Source: the human T2T-CHM13v2.0 reference genome, Homo sapiens. From it: a DNA stretch of 64,000 bases. The DNA lies in NCBI RefSeq assembly GCF_009914755.1, contig NC_060942.1. One strand, 5' to 3'. The stretch's first letter is position 1. The number at the start of each line of letters is the position of its first letter. Below are positions 59,664 to 64,000 of the stretch, piece after piece. The position numbers were made by a program, and so were the translations under genes. The notes under the pieces were generated by a model. The model was not told the origin of the DNA, did no database searches, and worked only from the letters and a program-made list of their open reading frames with translations.

Positions 59664-59825
59664 GAGGAAGGGAAGGGAAGGGAAGGGAGAGGGAAGGGAA
59701 GGAGGGAGGGAGGAAATGAGGAAGGAAGGAACGAAGGAAGGGAAGGGAAGAGGGAGGGAGGGAGGGAGGAAAAAAGGAAGGAAGGAAGGAAGGAGGGGGA
59801 AAGAAGGGACGGAGGGAGGAAGGAG
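59664..59825. repeat. Polypurine (GGAA/GGGA)n tract
   Basis: About 160 bp almost entirely G/A. Confidence 0.92.
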
Positions 59826-60661
59826 TCTAATCAGCATCACAATATACAAGAACCATTCTCTCCCTTGTGTTTTTAATGACAGTCCCTTCCTTCCTTCTTT
59901 CCTACCTCAATAATTAGCTTTTCCAGGAGGAGCTTCCGGAGCTCATTGGCTTGGGGATGGGGGCATGCCTCCCCAGATCTTCTCCCTCCCTGGGGAGATA
60001 GGGCCGCAAGCCCCACTGACCAATGCCCATTCACTCTGGGAGCCTGCCAAAAAAAAAGGCAGCACAACAGAAAAGCCGAAATCAGAAAGAAGCCCTCTTA
60101 TCATGCAAATAAAGAAGCTTGCCAGTGACTGACTCAAAGCATCCCATCTCTCCTGATAGATGTAGGATATCGGAATGTTCATTAGTGCTGCTTAACAGAT
60201 ATTTCCGTTTCCATTCCCAGGTGAAAGGTAGAACTGCATATCCCCGGCCCGGCCCCCCTTGGAGTGAGGGTAGCAATGCGTCTTGGTTTAGCCAGTGAAA
60301 TGTGAGTGGCAGAGCCACACACTATTGCCCTGCTCTTCTAGCCTGCCACTGGCAATCGTGCCCACCTAGAGATGGGATGTCCCTCAGTGGAGATGACCAG
60401 AGCAGAGCCCTCCAGGCAACCCAGGGTGGACACAGAGCATGAGTGGAAAATGGACCTTTGTTGCTGGACCACTGGAAAAAAGGGTTGTCGGGGGGTATAA
60501 TATGTCTATGTCTACTTGCCAACTTGACCTGACCTCAGGGATCCTGGGGAACAGAAAATGGAATCTCATATAGATGGAGCCACAGGGACCTAGAGAGAGG
60601 CCCAGACCCTGTCATTCCCAGGTGTGATCTTGAGAAAGTCACTTGGACAATGCAGGCCTTC

Positions 60662-60965
60662 ATTTTATTTATATTTTATTTTATCTAATTTTTGAGACGG
60701 GTCTCACTCTGTCAGACAGTCTAGAGTGCAGTGGCACTATCACGGCTTACTGCAGCCTCGACTTCCCAGGCTCAAGTGACCCAACCACCTCAGCCTGTAC
60801 GTGGGATTACAGGCGCACATCACCATGCCCAGCTAATTGTTGTGGTTTTTTGTAGAGACAGGGGTCTTGCTACGCTGTTCAGGGTGGTCTCCAACTCCTA
60901 GGCTCAAGCAATCCACCTGCCTTGGCCTCCCAAAGTGTTGGTATTAAAGGCATGAGCCACCACAA
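60662..60965 (-). mobile_element. AluJ-like element
   Basis: cacggcttactgcagcctcgacttcccaggctcaag is J-type. Confidence 0.9.
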
Positions 60966-61508
60966 CTCTAACAAGAGTTTTCTTAACTCTACAAGAAGAG
61001 ATTCTGGTTAGGTGATCTTCCCTCAGCTCACACAAAAGACAAGACAATCTTAGTGCAAGATTAACATCTTTGGGGGAATCTAGGTGAAGGTTACACAGGA
61101 TATTTCCATAGTATTTCTTACAAATGCATGTGAATTTAAAATGCTCTAAAAAAAAAACTTTTAAAAAATTGAAATAAAAAAAATACCCTTAGAGTTGAAC
61201 CCAGTTCTCAAAGCACTGGTTTGTGGGTTTTATGGTAAAATTCTTCGGGACAGAAACTCCTCCAAAACCCTCAATGGGGTTTCCTGAGTGTGGGGAATTT
61301 GGCTGTGACCCTCATTCCTTCTCCCTCAGCTGGACTCAACCCCACCCATCCCCAGACCTCTGGAGAAGTTGCTGGCAACCTAGTCAACTCTCAACAATGG
61401 CAAACGAAGAGTTGCCATTTTCTTCCTTAGTTACAAAAATGAAATATTGAAAAAATGTTTATGTATACTATCACAATAGGTGTTCTTTCACAATGTAAAA
61501 ACTTTCAG

Positions 61509-61907
<399 letters not shown>

Positions 61908-62039
61908 TCATGCCCCCAGGTAAACTGTTTGAACTCTCTAAATTTATTTGCCTGGGGGAGCGTTGGGGGAGGGAAGAGAGGAGTGTTGGTCTCTCCCAGC
62001 TCTAAAGTTTTAATGCTGGAAATCAACTTAATTAATTAA

Positions 62040-62353
62040 TTAATTTTTATTTTTATTTTTATTTTTTATTTTTGAGACAGAGTCTCATTCTGTCGCTTAG
62101 GCTGGAGTGCAGTGGTGCGATCTCGGCTCACTGCAACCTCCGCCTCCTGGGTTCAAGCAATTATCTGCCTCAGCACCCCAAGTACCTGGGATTACAGGTG
62201 TCTACCACCACGCCCGGCAAATTTTTTTTGTATTTTTAGTAGAGACGGGGTTTTACCATCTTGGCCAGGCTGATCTTGAACTCCTGACCTAATGATCCAC
62301 CCGCCTTGGCCTCCCAAAGTGCTGGGATTACAGGCGTCAGCGCCCGCGCCTGG
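62040..62353 (-). mobile_element. AluS-like element
   Basis: Patterned (T4-6A) tail and dimer. Confidence 0.93.
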
Positions 62354-62376
62354 TGAAATGAACCTATTTTATATAA

Positions 62377-62685
<309 letters not shown>

Positions 62686-62954
62686 CTATTTTATATAATT
62701 TCTAAACTTTTTATTGATACAACTTATTAATACATATAGAAAAATGCATATGGATCTTAAGCATACACCTTGCTGAATTTTTCAAACTGAAAACACCTAG
62801 CTAGCCAGCTCCCAGCTCAAAAGGCAGAACATCACCAACCTAGACTCTCCTTCCCTTCACCCTCCCACTCACTCCCCAAGAGTAACTACTAGTCTGGCTC
62901 CTCACACCTGAGGTTACTTTTGCCTGCTTTGAACTGTATATGAACAAGATCACA

Positions 62955-63250
62955 TTTTTTTTTTTTTTTGAAACGGCGTCTCGCTCTGTCACCCAGGCTG
63001 GAGTGCAGTGGCACTATCTCGGCTCACTGCAAACTGTGCCTCCCGGGTTCAAGCAATTCTCTGCCTCACCCTCCAAGTAGCTGGTATTACAGGCATCTGC
63101 CACTATGCCCTGCTCAATTTTTTTGTATTTTTAGTAGTGACAGAGTTTCGCCATCTTGGCCAAACTGGTCTTGAACTCCTGACCTCATGATCCACCCGCC
63201 TCGGCCTCCCAAAGTGCTGGGATTACAGGCGTGAACCACCCCACCCAGCC
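62955..63250 (-). mobile_element. AluS-like element within an old antisense L1 fragment (~62700-63330)
   Basis: Imperfect TSD aagatcacatttttt / aagatcatatttttt. Confidence 0.93.
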
Positions 63251-63559
63251 AAAGATCATATTTTTTAAAATGCACTTTTTTTTAAATTTCAGTTTACACC
63301 TAGAGGAATTCAGGATGGAGTTCTTTTTGGTTTGGACAACTGCAAGCTACTTTAAAATCACAATACATGGGCTAGGATGTGATTTAAAAACCAAATTATT
63401 TTACTCTGCCTGATCAACTCGCCAACCGGTCTCGGCAGTTTCTTTCTAAGGGTCCCCTGGGCGCCATTGCTAACCCTTCCCCTTCTTAGAATGCTTAAAT
63501 CCTGTGAATCCTGTGATTCTAAGGCCCAATCTAGACCAGCTAAATTGGGTCTTTTTATT

Positions 63560-64000
63560 TTTTTTAACCTTTTCTTTTAGAATATTTTTAGGTTTACAGG
63601 AAGGTTGCAAAGAGAGTTCCAGTATTACCCCATATTCAATTTCCATCTTAAATTATTCTGTCAATATTCGTCACAACCCTGAAACTAGCGTTGGTATATT
63701 ACTATTAACGAAATTCCATACTTTACTCCAATTCATTTTTCCCTAACGTCCTTTTTCTCTTCCAGAACCCATCCAGGATTCCACACAGGTCAAGTATTTT
63801 GTAGAATGTCCTTCAACAGGATTTGTCTGATGTTTTTCTCATCGTTAGACTGGAATTATGGGTTAGGGAAAAGAAGTCCACATCATATTGCGGTGCATGC
63901 TGTCAACATGACTTAGCACTGGTGATGCTGACCTTCAGCACTGGTCAGGTAGTGTTTGCAGGTTTCCCCACTATAAAGTTCTTCTCTCCCACAACCTCCT
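63560..64000 (-). mobile_element. Old L1 (L1MC/MD-like) 3'UTR fragment running off the window
   Basis: ttttaggtttacaggaaggttgcaaagagag...ccaggattccaca...gatttgtctgatgtttttctcat resembles L1M 3' ends. Confidence 0.6.

Overview
Human (primate) genomic DNA containing the complete SMAD7 gene (inhibitory Smad, chr18q21.1 from recall) on the minus strand. Four coding exons (41687-41075, 39700-39647, 33818-33744, 13169-12631) join through GT-AG phase-1 introns into 1281 nt, i.e. 426 aa plus stop. The gene has a ~1.5 kb 3'UTR with many miRNA seed sites, a long GC-rich 5'UTR with upstream ATGs, and a ~4.5 kb CpG island containing the palindromic Smad-binding element and E-box. Intron 3 carries the colorectal-cancer GWAS interval. 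The flanks are dense in Alus, with L1/L2/MIR/MLT fragments and an Alu-interrupted MER41 solo LTR. No other protein-coding gene, RNA gene or CRISPR-type system is supported, and I found no convincing wholly new system. The best leads are regulatory or isoform-level: a 22-bp intron-1 tandem repeat with three metal-response-element cores, a second palindromic SBE in intron 3, HNF1 motifs beside an internal start, overlapping uORFs, and a stop-free 129-nt exon 2+3 unit.
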